From: Amoebidium appalachense
Taxonomy: Eukaryota > Protista > Ichthyosporea
DNA length: 64,000 nucleotides
Reading direction: 5' to 3'
Assembly: GCA_963693365.1 (NCBI GenBank)
Contig: CAVNZM010000012.1
Span: 1,178,001 to 1,242,000 of the forward strand
Position 1 is the first letter of the stretch, and every line of letters begins with the position of its first letter. This document shows positions 1 through 20,203 of this stretch, in pieces. The position numbers and the translations under genes are program-made. The notes under the pieces were generated by a model. That model had not been told where the DNA came from. It saw only the letters and a list, made by a program, of their open reading frames with translations, and did not search any database.

Positions 1-75
1 GAGGGCGGGGGGGGGGGGGGGGGGGGGGGGGGGGGAAGGAGGGGCAGACCGTGATACCATTTCACTGACCAATAG

Positions 76-8740
<8,665 letters not shown>

Positions 8741-9112
8741 GGATGAGGGAAAAAACTGCTACACCATTCCTTTTTTGTTTTGTTTTTCTTTTTTGTCTGT
8801 CCCAATTGTTAAGGATTGGATGTGGTCATATAACGGCGGTAGTCATTCGACACATGAAACACAATCATAATCATAAGCAATTACTGTTTTAACCTCTTGG
8901 CTGCTGTTTGGTTTGCCCTAGCCAGGGCGCGTGCGTGTGCGTGTGGTACTCAACGTGTACATAATTTTGGTTGACAGTTTTAACTCTATTGTGCTTTTTA
9001 TTTTCTCCCTTTCCTTCAACTTTTCTTTTGTTCTTTCCCCCCCTGCCTTTGTTATTGAATTTTTTTGGTTGGTTTGTTTGTGTGTGGGTGGGTGGGTGGG
9101 TGTGGGGGAGGT

Positions 9113-9149
<37 letters not shown>

Positions 9150-9227
9150 GGTTTACTTTTAGCAAAAGGTGCGCTGGCAGAATAGCATTTTTGTAGTGAT
9201 TACATGTGTATCCCGTGTCTGTATATA

Positions 9228-9393
9228 TACCTGCAATACAAATATACCATGATGCTGCATGATATCGATCCGAACAAAGTTTGAGTTTAAATATTTGTGG
9301 CCGAGTTCAAGTTCAATGCTTCAAGTTGGCCAGCTGCCTGTAACCCCCCCCCCTCCCCCCCCCCTCCCCGCCCTCCCTCTTCCCCACACACTC

Positions 9394-9468
<75 letters not shown>

Positions 9469-9630
9469 CTGCAATACAAATATACCATGATGCTGGATGA
9501 TCATGATGGATCCGAACAGAGTTTGAGTTTAAATATTTGTGGCCGAGTTCAAGTTCACTGCTTCAAGTTGGCCAGCTGCCTGTAACCCCCCCCCCCCCCC
9601 CCTCCCCCCCCCTCCCCGCCCTCCCTCTTC

Positions 9631-9715
<85 letters not shown>

Positions 9716-9831
9716 CTGCAATACAAATATACCATGATGCTGGATGATCATGATGGATCCGAACAAAGTTTGAGTTTAAATATTTGTGGCCGAGTTCAAG
9801 TTCAATGCTTCAAGTTGGCCAGCTGCCTGTT

Positions 9832-9868
<37 letters not shown>

Positions 9869-9894
9869 CCGCCCTCCCTCTTCCCCACACACTC

Positions 9895-9962
<68 letters not shown>
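9228..9962. repeat. Tandem repeat, three copies of a ~240-bp unit (about 120 bp unique core + poly-C + (CA)n)
   Basis: TACCTGCAATACAAATATACCATGATGCTG...TGGCCGAGTTCAAGTTCAATGCTTCAAGTTGGCCAGCTGCCTGT starts at about 9228, 9466 and 9712. Cores are nearly identical; microsatellite lengths vary. Confidence 0.95.
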
Positions 9963-9964
<2 letters not shown>

Positions 9965-9972
9965 GTCACACA

Positions 9973-10004
<32 letters not shown>

Positions 10005-10089
10005 GACCCATACTCCCCCCCCCCCCCCCCCCTCCTCCCCCACATCACACACACCATGCATACACAGGTACACATCATCACACAAACAA

Positions 10090-10145
<56 letters not shown>

Positions 10146-11060
10146 ACACACAAACGAACACACACAAGCACGTCACGGGCACACACGTGCACACGGCTGG
10201 GTTACCCACACGACCACCTGTTGTGCTTTTTATTCCGAAACCAGTGTGCGACTTATAGAACTTTGAAATGGCACACACACGCCCACAGTGACTCAATTAC
10301 ATGCCACATATCACCTGGAGATGTGTGTTCGGAAACATCCGTACGACTCAACTCGCACATGCACACACATTATGGCACACACACACACTGTCATCTTCAC
10401 TTGTTTCTCAGCAAGACTTAGAAGTTGAGTTTTGTATTTATTTATTAGTTGTTGTAGTTTGTTTCCTTTTCCTTTCTTCATTTCTTTCTTTCCTTTCCGT
10501 TTCCGTGTACACGACATCTTAGATCTGTGTACGTATCGACATACTTAGCTCGCGCACACGTATTGTCGTTTGCGTCAAAATCTATATATGTCATCCAATC
10601 ATATCTCGTTTGTATTTTCCCAAATATAGTAACTTACATTCCTTTCTCATTCCTTTCTCACGACGTAGCATTGTGCTATGTTCTTCAACTATTAGGAATG
10701 ATTATATTTAGACGTGTTATGATAAGAACATGTATAAATGTATGTTATGAATTAATAGTTACATAAGTGGTTTCATTTTGTTAAATGTTTCCGTGCTTTT
10801 ATTAGAAGTTTCTTTCATTAGAGGATTGAGTTTTATATTCTATGTGTCGACAGACATTTTAATCGATATATTTTACACTCATAGTTTTCGTTCTTTTGAT
10901 TGGTTTATCGTTTCACATTCCCAAGTATAAAAGGGACTTCATCTTGAAATAAATCTTAAGCAGACGTATTCATTTCCTATGGTTCCAGAAATCGTTCCAC
11001 CTCTCCGGTTGTGTTTCTCCCGTGTGTCTCTGTGTTGTGTATAACATAACACCCATCTGT

Positions 11061-11296
11061 GCTCTCTGCTTCTCCGTTTACCCACACAAAATAAAAGGTT
11101 TACGGCCCCTTTGCACGCTAACACACAATCTCGTTACAACCGCGAAATCTCTCAGTCTTACTGCTTCAATCATGACTGACAAACCGTCGTATATCAACCT
11201 TCCAATATGGAATCCGTCCGAGAAACGAGACGAGAAACGTCTTAATTATTTCGAGTGGGAGCCGCTCTCTGCTTCTCCGTTTACCCACACAAAATA
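11061..11296. repeat. 34-bp direct repeat about 200 bp apart
   Basis: GCTCTCTGCTTCTCCGTTTACCCACACAAAATAA at about 11061 and 11264. Confidence 0.85.
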
Positions 11297-11582
11297 ACAC
11301 ACACACACACACACACCGCCCAGTACGACTTCTCCAGACTCCCTTCGCCAAAGCTCCTAGGAGCTCGGCACGATTTAAATTTCATTTGTGCCCTGGGCTT
11401 TTGTATTTGTGAGCATTCGAATGCAATCTTGTGGAAGTAGTGCACCGTAATGGTGGCGTTGGTATGTTGTCCGCTGGCACGTGTGTGGACCTTTCTTCAA
11501 AGTCCTCCCCCGCTTTTTTACGTGTGTGTGTGTGTGTGTGTTCCCCCCCCCCCCCCCCCCCCCCCCCCTTTTTTGTTTTGGA

Positions 11583-11627
<45 letters not shown>

Positions 11628-11649
11628 TTCCGGGGGGGGGGGGGGGGGG

Positions 11650-11883
11650 GTCACAGGAAATTCTTGCACCGGGAAATTTTTGCACTGGAGCGTCTCCCTA
11701 GACTGTATAGAAAAGGGTAGGCTAATATTAGATGTGGTTCGAAATGGAGTTCTGTCTCTCACTGCTTTTCTAAATACCTTTTTCCCTGTTTAGGTGGTTA
11801 TCATAACTATGAGTTTCTCCGTAGGGGTTCAGTTCTATGCTGAATATTGTCACTAAGTACCTCCAGCTTGCACTTGCATTAAT

Positions 11884-11921
<38 letters not shown>

Positions 11922-12200
11922 CCGTAACGGGGGGTTTAGGAGGACGTAGAGCTGATTGTCTTTCTGCTAAATGCTAATATATTGTTATTTATTATTATTA
12001 GTCTAAGAAACTCAACAAACACAGCTCCGAGAAACGAGTTTTTCACATTTAATACTACCATGATCAATGAGCACTTTGAAAAACCCAGTGAACACCCCAT
12101 TGACATACTGATTCAGTGAAAACCCCACTGACATACTGATTCAATTATTATATCAACACCTGCAGTGCAAAGATTTCCCGGTGAGAATATTTCCTGTGAC
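11650..12200. mobile_element. Putative MITE with ~41-bp imperfect terminal inverted repeats
   Basis: Left end GTCACAGGAAATTCTTGCACCGGGAAATTTTTGCACTGGAG; reverse complement of right end GTCACAGGAAATATTCTCACCGGGAAATCTTTGCACTGCAG. No target-site duplication visible. Confidence 0.55.
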
Positions 12201-12215
12201 AAGGTGTGTGTGTGT

Positions 12216-12273
<58 letters not shown>

Positions 12274-13094
12274 CTATGGCCCGGGATAAGCATCACACAT
12301 CCGCAGTAGGATGGCAAGCTGCCACACACTCCGGGACTATCGAAAGATTCTTGGGCGGGACTATCGAAAGATTCTTGGGCAATGATACAGAACTCACATC
12401 CGCAAACACCCACACCGACACACATGGGCAATATTTTGTGACTATTATAATTAATGAACGATGCTGCGAGTACTACATACATTTCCAACCGGCTGAGGCT
12501 TGTGACATTATCTGTAGGCCCACCGTCATGAAACTGAAACGGCAGCCTTATGGAGAGATGATTTATTGATATGTAAGGGGACTGGATGGGTGGGGGTGGT
12601 GTGTGTGTTTGTGTTTGTGTTTGGGGGGGGGGGGGGGGGTACAGCCATGATTTTGCTGGGCATTCGTTGGCAGCAATCATCAGAAAGGTTATAGTAGCTG
12701 ATATGGGGTTTTATCGGCACCGTGGCAGGAGTTCTGTAAGCTCTGGCTGCTGGGCCGATAAATTTAACGCGAACAGATAATGAATTTGTGCAATACACAA
12801 TATTGTGTTCCATTTGGTTTCGCAGCCCAGATTATAATACATATATATATTTATTAACAAATCCGTGTTGCAGCAACTCCCTTACAGACATTACATGCTT
12901 CAGTTGTGCAACAGACATTGCATGCAGTGTTAGCATTTCCCATATGATGTACATGTGCGGCAAGAGGTATTCAAAGCACAAACTCAAAGCTATTAAACTT
13001 TTGGCGAAACAACACTCCTCCCGATGCAATGATCAAACAGCAAACCATATATGGACTGGGCGAACAATACTATATGAATAACGACAATGATGCC

Positions 13095-14868
13095 TTACGC
13101 CTGGGCCATATCAAAACCGTCAGCACTTCCATCATCAGTCAACGGATAAACACTCTGATCAAATCCCGCATCAAAACCATCACCACTACTACCACGTGCA
13201 ACATTCAAAGCCTCGTAGGATTCCGGATATCCCGTGGGGTGTGGGGTGACAATACTAGTCACAGTGGGAGAGGTGATGGGTGGACAATAACCACCTACAC
13301 ACGGGGGCTGGGGGGTGGGGGTGGGCGGGCGGATGGTAGGAGTGATATAGGTTGGGGTGGCGTAGGTGGGTACGGGTGGGCAATAACCGCCTACACACGG
13401 GGGCTCAGGGGTTGGGGTGGGCGGGCGAGTGATCGGCGTGGTGGGGGTGATGTAGGTGGGTACACCGCAGTTTGTCTGTGTAACTGTCACAGGAACAGGA
13501 ACGGACGTGGTGAGAGTAACTGGGATGGCAGGGCGGGTGGTAGTGAGGGTTAAAGTGGCGTATTGGGTGAGGGTGGTGGGTTGCGCGATTCCTTCAAGAG
13601 TCGTGGTGACGGTGGTGGGAGGAAGTGTCTGTGTAGAAATTTGGGTTCTGGTCCTGAAAACCGTGGTGTACGCGGTGGTTGTGATTGGCTGTGTGTATGC
13701 TGCAATTGTGGTCAAGGTTACTGATTGGGTAGAAGTCACGGTCAGAGTAGCGGCGGGCATCGTAACCGTTTTGGTAGCCGTGTAGGATTGGGTGGTGATT
13801 AAGGTGGTAGGAGGCAGCGCGAATGTGGTCGTTTGTGTGGCGGTGATCGTCGTTGGTGGGAGGGTCTTCGTTTGTGTCAACGTTGCAGTGATGGTTGGTG
13901 CCATTCCTGTAACTGTCTTGGTCTGTGTCACTGTGAAGACCTCCCCTTGAATCGTCTCCGTTAGCGCTTTTGTCGTCGTAACGGTGGTTGGTGGTAGCGA
14001 TGTTGTGCGGGTAATGGTGACAGATTCAGGGGCAACGGTCTTAGTAACAGTTCCTGTAACTGTTGCTGTTTGTGTCAGTGTGCGTGTGGTCGTTTGAAAT
14101 TGAACGATTGTGTTGTCAACGGTTTTTGTTGTTGTTTGAGTGGTAGCTGGAAGAGACGTTGTACGGGTAATGGTGATAGGTTCAGGGGCGATAGTCTTTG
14201 TGACAGTGCCCGTAACGGTAGCCGTCTGTGTTGTTGTTTGCGTATAGATAGGTTGGTCCTGTGTCACAGTTTTCGTTTCGATTTGGGTGATTGTCGCTGT
14301 CTGAACAACCGTTACTATTTGAGGTGGTGGTGGTGGTGGTGGTGGTGGATTTGGGACAATTGGGTTCTTATTAAAACCGAGAAAGTTGAAGCTACGACGG
14401 GCACGGTTGAGTGCTGCAAAGACGCCACGGCCCTCTCCTGCTGCTGGACAGCAAAACAAAGGTTAGTGACCCAGAGAATGTCACCGTAATCCACAAATTT
14501 TCTTTGCTATGTTGCTACGGATTCGTCGTGTGCATGAGTGTGGCAGATAATTAAACAAGAGGTCTAAATGAACATAACATGACCTAGGTAAGGCCCGGTG
14601 GGTGCGCTCTCACAAGCACTGAACCTAAGTTATATAACCATTGGCAGGACGTGCACTATAGAAAGACAACACGGTTTTATGATCTTCGCGAAACTTGCAA
14701 CCACCAAGTACAACCGTGTAACTACCGAATATTAAGGAACAGGGCGGCACGTGTAATGCACTCACCGGCAATGCCCTGCTCATGGGCGGGTTGCGCACGA
14801 GTGGGCGTGGCATCCACTGCCTGTCCGGCGATGGCCATGGCCACACACGCCACAGCACAAAGCCTCAT
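13095..14868 (-). CDS. Secreted Thr/Pro-rich (mucin/adhesin-like) prepro-protein, two exons
   Basis: Exon 1 (14868-14766) encodes the signal-like MRLCAVACVAMAIAGQAVDA. The intron has a GTGAGT donor, CACTAAC branch point and CCAG acceptor. Exon 2 (14443-13095) encodes an RARR site, poly-Pro, alternating T-x-T repeats with an internal ~52-aa duplication, two PPCVGGYCPP units and an acidic DGFD-containing tail. Confidence 0.85.
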
Positions 14869-15200
14869 TTTGTAGGTTAGGTATTAAAAATATTAGGTTG
14901 GGGGTTTAAAGTTACTATAAGAAACTACGATTATTCGTGATTCAGATGCGGTTGCTGCTAGCGGAAGTTTCTACTGTCACCACTGTTTGCAATGGTTGTG
15001 ATCTGAGTTTGTGCCGCGCTATGGCAAGCTTGATCTGATTGTTTTGTGAATATGTACACAGTACCTGTACCTTGTGTACACTTGCTTTCTCTGTGCAAAT
15101 TGATTGGTGATCGGTTTAGCGAATCAGCTCTAGTTAGTCAATGGGATTAGACTTTCAAAGTTTCACATACAAAACTGCACAAAAACAACATTGCGGATCC

Positions 15201-15334
15201 AATCGCCGGGGCTGGAGGCAACTATCTGCACAAAATCCGACTGGTGACCAGGGTCTGAAATCATCCTGTAGGGTTAGATCACGGCCATTTAGAGATGGCC
15301 GTGGGTTAGATAGTTGCCTCCAGCCCCGGCGATT
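15201..15334. repeat. Perfect 27-bp inverted repeat with 80-bp spacer (mini-MITE or hairpin)
   Basis: AATCGCCGGGGCTGGAGGCAACTATCT (15201-15227) and AGATAGTTGCCTCCAGCCCCGGCGATT (15308-15334). Confidence 0.9.
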
Positions 15335-15896
15335 CACGTGGGCGGTTGGGCGGCGGTGGGCCAAACGTGCCGCCAGAATAGGGGCACAGACCGCATTATA
15401 CTTTCTCGGGATAACCTACGGGTCGAATATTCATGTGGCGGGATAAGCATAAAGTGATAGTGACAAGTTCTGGGGCATGCACCCGCGGTGCACCCGGTCA
15501 CCGGCCGGGGTCTGAACTAGTTGGTCTGGAAATTGTTTCTGCAACATTCCACATGTGCCGACTGAATTTCCACATGATTTTCACATATGCATCGGAGCAC
15601 CCGGCCTGACTCAATGACCAAAACAAACAGGGGAAGGCAAAAAAAAGAAACTATCACAAAAAAATACACACATACCTACTTTCTACTTTATTTCAATTAC
15701 TTGGTACGTCGTGTATCTTATACACTAGTACTTTATTTATTTTAGCGAAGTTTGCCGACGTTGAACGTTGACGTCACGTCGTTGGCACTCGTTACTCTTC
15801 CCATGTCAGCATGTGCGCCATCACTCCGCTCGAAAAGCCTTCTTGGGCTTGGCAAGTTGCAAGCTTCGGGCACTGAAGTAAAAATAGGACTAGGCT

Positions 15897-16459
15897 CTGC
15901 CACCTACTGAGGTGGCTCCTTATGTTTCCTTACACATCCAGCGAACACTGGACTCTATCGAACCATCAAGGCGCCGCGACAGAAAGCATGCACGCGGTCG
16001 CGAGAGTGTAAGGAAAAATCGGTCTGCAGCGAACGTAAAGTTCATCGCAGCGCGTGCAAACCGTCAGTACGTGTGAGGACTAGGCTAGGCTATTCCTGAT
16101 TCACCTCAATCCTGGCAGGGAGCCATACCATCTGTGGCGTGTGCCCGGAGCCTCCGAGGCGCTCTGAGGCACCTGCAGTCGACTTAATAAATTACTGTTT
16201 TATTAATAATACTAACCATTTCTTGGTTCTGCGTGCCCCCTGCGGGGGCACGCTGACGGGCCTGAATTGCCGTCGGCACACATGTACACACTCGCACGTA
16301 CTGACGGTGTGCACGCGCTGCGATGAACTTTACGTTCGCTCCGTGACACTCTCGCGACCGCGTGCATGCTTTCTGTCGCGGCGCCTCGACGGTTCGATAG
16401 AGTCCAGTGTTCGCTGAATGTGTAAGGAAAAATAAGGAGCCATCTCAGTAGGTGGCAGA
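15897..16459. repeat. Long imperfect inverted repeat: ~170-180 bp arms, ~210 bp spacer
   Basis: 15897-16077 (CTGCCACCTACTGAG...CCGTCAGTACGTGTGAG) is the reverse complement of about 16291-16458, with a few substitutions and one replaced block. Confidence 0.9.
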
Positions 16460-16515
16460 TGTACACACACACATACACACAATGCCTGTGCCATACGACA
16501 CCTACAACACGTATA

Positions 16516-17165
16516 CAGTGTAGACTGGATTTGGGCACCACTGGATATGGGCACATCTGGATATGGGCACCTCTGGCGGCCGACCCGACCCGATCGGGTC
16601 GAGTCGGGGCCGGGTTTTGATCCGACCCGGATTTTCGGGTCAGAATCGGGTCAACCAATCGGATGCGTGCATTTTGCTTTTGGCGCGCTCCCAACTTGGC
16701 GCGCTGGCTCTGCCGGCTCGAGTCATTCTGCAAGTGTGTAAACCCCTGCAACGTGTGTGATACGTTCCGGTTCGTTCCGGTTCGTCTTCACTTCTCCGAT
16801 GTGTCTGTGTGCGTGCATGGACTCATAATAACATCCACGTACAGCTATCAGTTTGTGTGTGGGTGTGTGTGGGTGTGTGGGTGTGGTGATTTTGGGGGGG
16901 GGGGGGGTTTTGAATGAACAACGGGGGGGGGGGGGGGGGGCGCAGGGGAAGATAAGTGTGTTTTATAGGGGAAGGGGGGGCTGGGGGGCATGACACGGGA
17001 AGTCGAAGCTGAGTGTGTGTATGTGTCTGTATGTGCGTGGGGCCGGGGGGAAGGGGCCGGGGGAAGGGGTCCTTGCGCACTGTATGCGCTGCCAGGAGGA
17101 ATTGCCCCACAAGACATTCACCATGGCGATCAGTTTGCGTGTTTGCGGGTGTGTGTGTGTCCGCA

Positions 17166-17196
<31 letters not shown>

Positions 17197-17792
17197 CTGC
17201 CAGAAAGCATCGACTCATAAGCATTCATGATGGACAACGTACGCGTGATGTGCATTTCTCTGGCACCAGGCCCACATGTGGCACAGCCAACCATTAATGA
17301 AACAAAAGCTGCACTATGGCCGCCCTCATGTCGGCAGGAACAAAGGCACCATCTGCCCAGTCAATGTTTTCTGGTTTCAAAAGGAGGGAAGACCACACAA
17401 GCGGGATGCTAAACAGTCCAAAAGTCCGGGTGTTGATGCAGTTTATCTGCGGGTGGCAGTGTGTGTGTGTGTGTGATCAGGAGAAAGGGTTATGCAGGAA
17501 AACAGGCAGACAGCTACAAAAACGAAATCAACGAAAACGAAAATGTCCCTAACCTCGCCTGACAATCCTCACCACCACCAACAGTGCCCTCTATGTTTCA
17601 AAACGTTCACTGCACCGAACTGTGTGCTGTGTGTCCGCCACGTGTGCGACCTGACAGTGCGCTTGCGCAATTTGCGCAAGTTGGCCCCCTAAACCACAGA
17701 TCGATTAGATCTCCCTAAAGATCTGGTTATCGGCACATGTATCTGGATAAGGGCACCACCATATCCATCCACAGTGATTCCAGTCCACACTG
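16516..17792. mobile_element. Non-autonomous Tc1/mariner/pogo-type element (1277 bp) with TA target-site duplication
   Basis: TA|CAGTGTAGACTGGA ... TCCAGTCCACACTG|TA (14-bp TIR, one mismatch). CTGGATATGGGCAC-like subterminal motifs at both ends. No transposase ORF. Confidence 0.85.
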
Positions 17793-17804
17793 TACATGCA
17801 TGTA

Positions 17805-18041
17805 ACCCATTTCCCCGCCCATATTCAAACAAAACCAATGAGAAAAAAACGCACAGAAAAAGAAAATAACCAAGTATGGGATCATAAGTTTCTCACGATT
17901 TCTAGGGCTCTCAATTGCAATCCTACGAATCTTGAGAGCCCTATAAATCGTGAGAAACTTATGATCCCATACTTGGTTATTTTCTTTTTTTGTGCGTTTT
18001 TTTCTCATTGGTTTTGTTTGAATATGGGCGGGGAAATGGGT
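17805..18041. repeat. Near-perfect palindrome: 110-bp arms, 17-nt loop
   Basis: 17805-17914 is the reverse complement of 17932-18041, with about 2 mismatches seen. Confidence 0.95.
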
Positions 18042-18386
18042 GGGGCGGTTACTGGCACTCAGGCCTGCAACGGCAAAAAAAAACGGCGCTTCTCCGATAC
18101 CCAGAACGTGAAAGTGTGAGCTCTCATGAGCTGCGGGCCAAAACCCTTCGGACATGTTTTCTACATAATAAACGGGCACAAACCACTTTCTTTTCAACTA
18201 AATAAGTGTTTCTGAGTAGCTTGGGCCTTTGTTTGGGTGTAATTGTGTAGGGGTAGGTAGCTGGTGTGAGCACGTGATGCTCGGGGTAGCATTGGCCTTC
18301 ATTACTGACCACAACACTAGCATAGTACAGCACTGTTGTAATTGCGTGTCAGAAAATGGCAAAGGCTCCCAAAAAAAAACAAGCCT

Positions 18387-19981
18387 ATGCCTAAGCTTCG
18401 CAAAAAAGGGCCCACTCGCAGTGCACCTAGTGTAATAAAGCAGGGTTACAAGTACGGGCCAAAGTATAATCCCATGTTCATGGAACAGGCAACTAGACAG
18501 CTAAAGAAGAGAAGCTCAGTCAAGCAACGGGTTGCCGAAGTAGCTGCAACCACTGGCATTCCCGCTGCAACCCTATACAGACACAAAAAAGACCCTGAGT
18601 ATGGAAACAAGAAACCGGGCCCTAAGCCCATTCTAACAGCAGATGAGGAGGTTGGCCTTGCTAGTGGGCTGGTGTTCCTGGCTGGAAGGGGGTTGAGGGT
18701 TTCTCGTGCTGAAGTTCTCAGGTCTGCACGGGACATTGCTGAGCGTAACGGCAAAAAATTCAATACAGCAGACGGGCTTCCGGGTGAGGGATGGTTCAAT
18801 TTGTTCGAACGCCGTTGCGGTTACAACCTCACTTTCCGCAAACCAAACGAACTTTCGAAAGCGCGCGTTTCCGCTCTCACGGAGGAAAAGATGAATTCGT
18901 GGTTTGATATGGTGGAGGAACTGGTGGAAGAAAAGCAGATAAACGTGGAGAAGAATCTGTTCAATGACGACGAGAAACAACTGCGCATTACCAACGGGCG
19001 TGCGGGTCAGAAACTTCTCACGGTCACAGACATGAAAAACACATACAAAGTCGGCTATGGGTTTGCGGAGCAAAACTGGCACCTATCCATCATTTCTACT
19101 ATTGTTGCGTCCGGTGACGCCCTCCCACCCACCATTGTAGTGCCCTCGCGTCTCATGTCAGAGGAAATGGAAACGGCCGTTAAGTATATCCACCCAGACG
19201 CGTTGCTAGCCTACTCTGATGACGGTTGGAGCACCAGCACAATATACCTCGAGCACACCCGGTGCCACCCGAATTGGAGGCAGAAGTCTTTGCCCTCAAA
19301 ACAGCAAGACAGCGGTTCGGTACAGTGCACAACATTCGTCTTGAGCAAGCAGGCCCCCTCCCCACCCAACCCCCCGCGCAAACAGCCGACCCCACCAGCA
19401 CGCCCCAGCAAACACCACCACTCGCGGAACGCAACCCAAACAGCAACGCCACGATAGTGCGAAAACGGAAAAAGCAACAGGGGTGCATGATCGGAACAAG
19501 CGAGCAGCACTTGGACGGCAGAAGGGAGAAGGAACGTGTTGTGGCGGAGGCGAAGCAGAAGAAGGAGGAACGGGCAAAGGCAGCGGGGGAAAGAAAGAAG
19601 CAAAAGGCCTTAGTGGCACTGGTTATCGGTCCCTGCCAAGCAAACAAGCAGTCGGGGGAACTTTGTGGCCTCAAAGCCATGCCAAGCCACGAACACGGAG
19701 GGGTGCGACTGTGCAAGCGGCACCTAAAGACACGGAACAAGGGGTTGGAGAACACAAGCGCCGCAGCGAAACCGAACAACACCATCAATGATGCGAAGCA
19801 GGATGTTAGCGAAAGCGAGTACGCACAGGAGGGCGAGGGAGAACAGAGCGCAGAGGAGGAGTGGGAGGAGAGATACGGGGGGAGGAGCATGTGGGAAGAT
19901 GTAGGGGAAGAACGTGAAGGAAGTGGGAGTGATACGGAGGATGATGTGATGCCCACGAGCGACCATGGGGCTGACGTCTGA
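18387..19981 (+). pseudogene. pogo-family (HTH_psq / CENP-B HTH / DDE_1) transposase, broken at about 19255
   Basis: Motifs VAATTGIPAATLYR (HTH), GPKPILTADEE, LPGEGWFNLFERR (CENP-B-type HTH), NLFNDDE (first catalytic Asp region), IVASGDALPP and SDDGWST. The later LDGH-type segment is absent. A basic coiled coil and a C-x9-C-x15-C-x2-H module follow in a different frame (19226-19981). Confidence 0.85.
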
Positions 19982-20203
19982 TTGTTTAAAAATAGAGAGT
20001 TCCTTTTGACGCAGAACAGCTTCATATTCCGCAGTTGTGACGTTTGCGTAGTATATGTGTGCTGTATCCTCCCAGATGGTAAGCAGGACTTCCAAGTGAG
20101 GATAGTGCTTGAATTTCAGTAACTGCGCATCATCCTTGTACTCTATGTCAACCATGTCGCTTGTGTCAAGCCGGGGCACAAGAATAATGTCGGCAGATGC
20201 CAT
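19724..20203 (-). CDS. Hypothetical convergent ORF inside the pogo-like element
   Basis: ATG-initiated 159-aa ORF. The first ~75 aa are non-repetitive and do not overlap the transposase; no motif recognised. Confidence 0.3.
   Translation of the reverse strand: MASADIILVPRLDTSDMVDIEYKDDAQLLKFKHYPHLEVLLTIWEDTAHIYYANVTTAEYEAVLRQKELSIFKQSDVSPMVARGHHIILRITPTSFTFFPYIFPHAPPPVSLLPLLLCALFSLALLCVLAFANILLRIIDGVVRFRCGACVLQPLVPCL

Noticed and set aside
9298-9320. tRNA or SINE A-box (TGGCCGAGT) and B-box (GTTCAATGC) in the triplicated unit
   Set aside because: The boxes are only a few nt apart and no cloverleaf can be formed.
15897-16459. Mutator-like element with long TIRs
   Set aside because: No 9-11 bp TSD at the outer ends; the direct repeat flanks one arm only.
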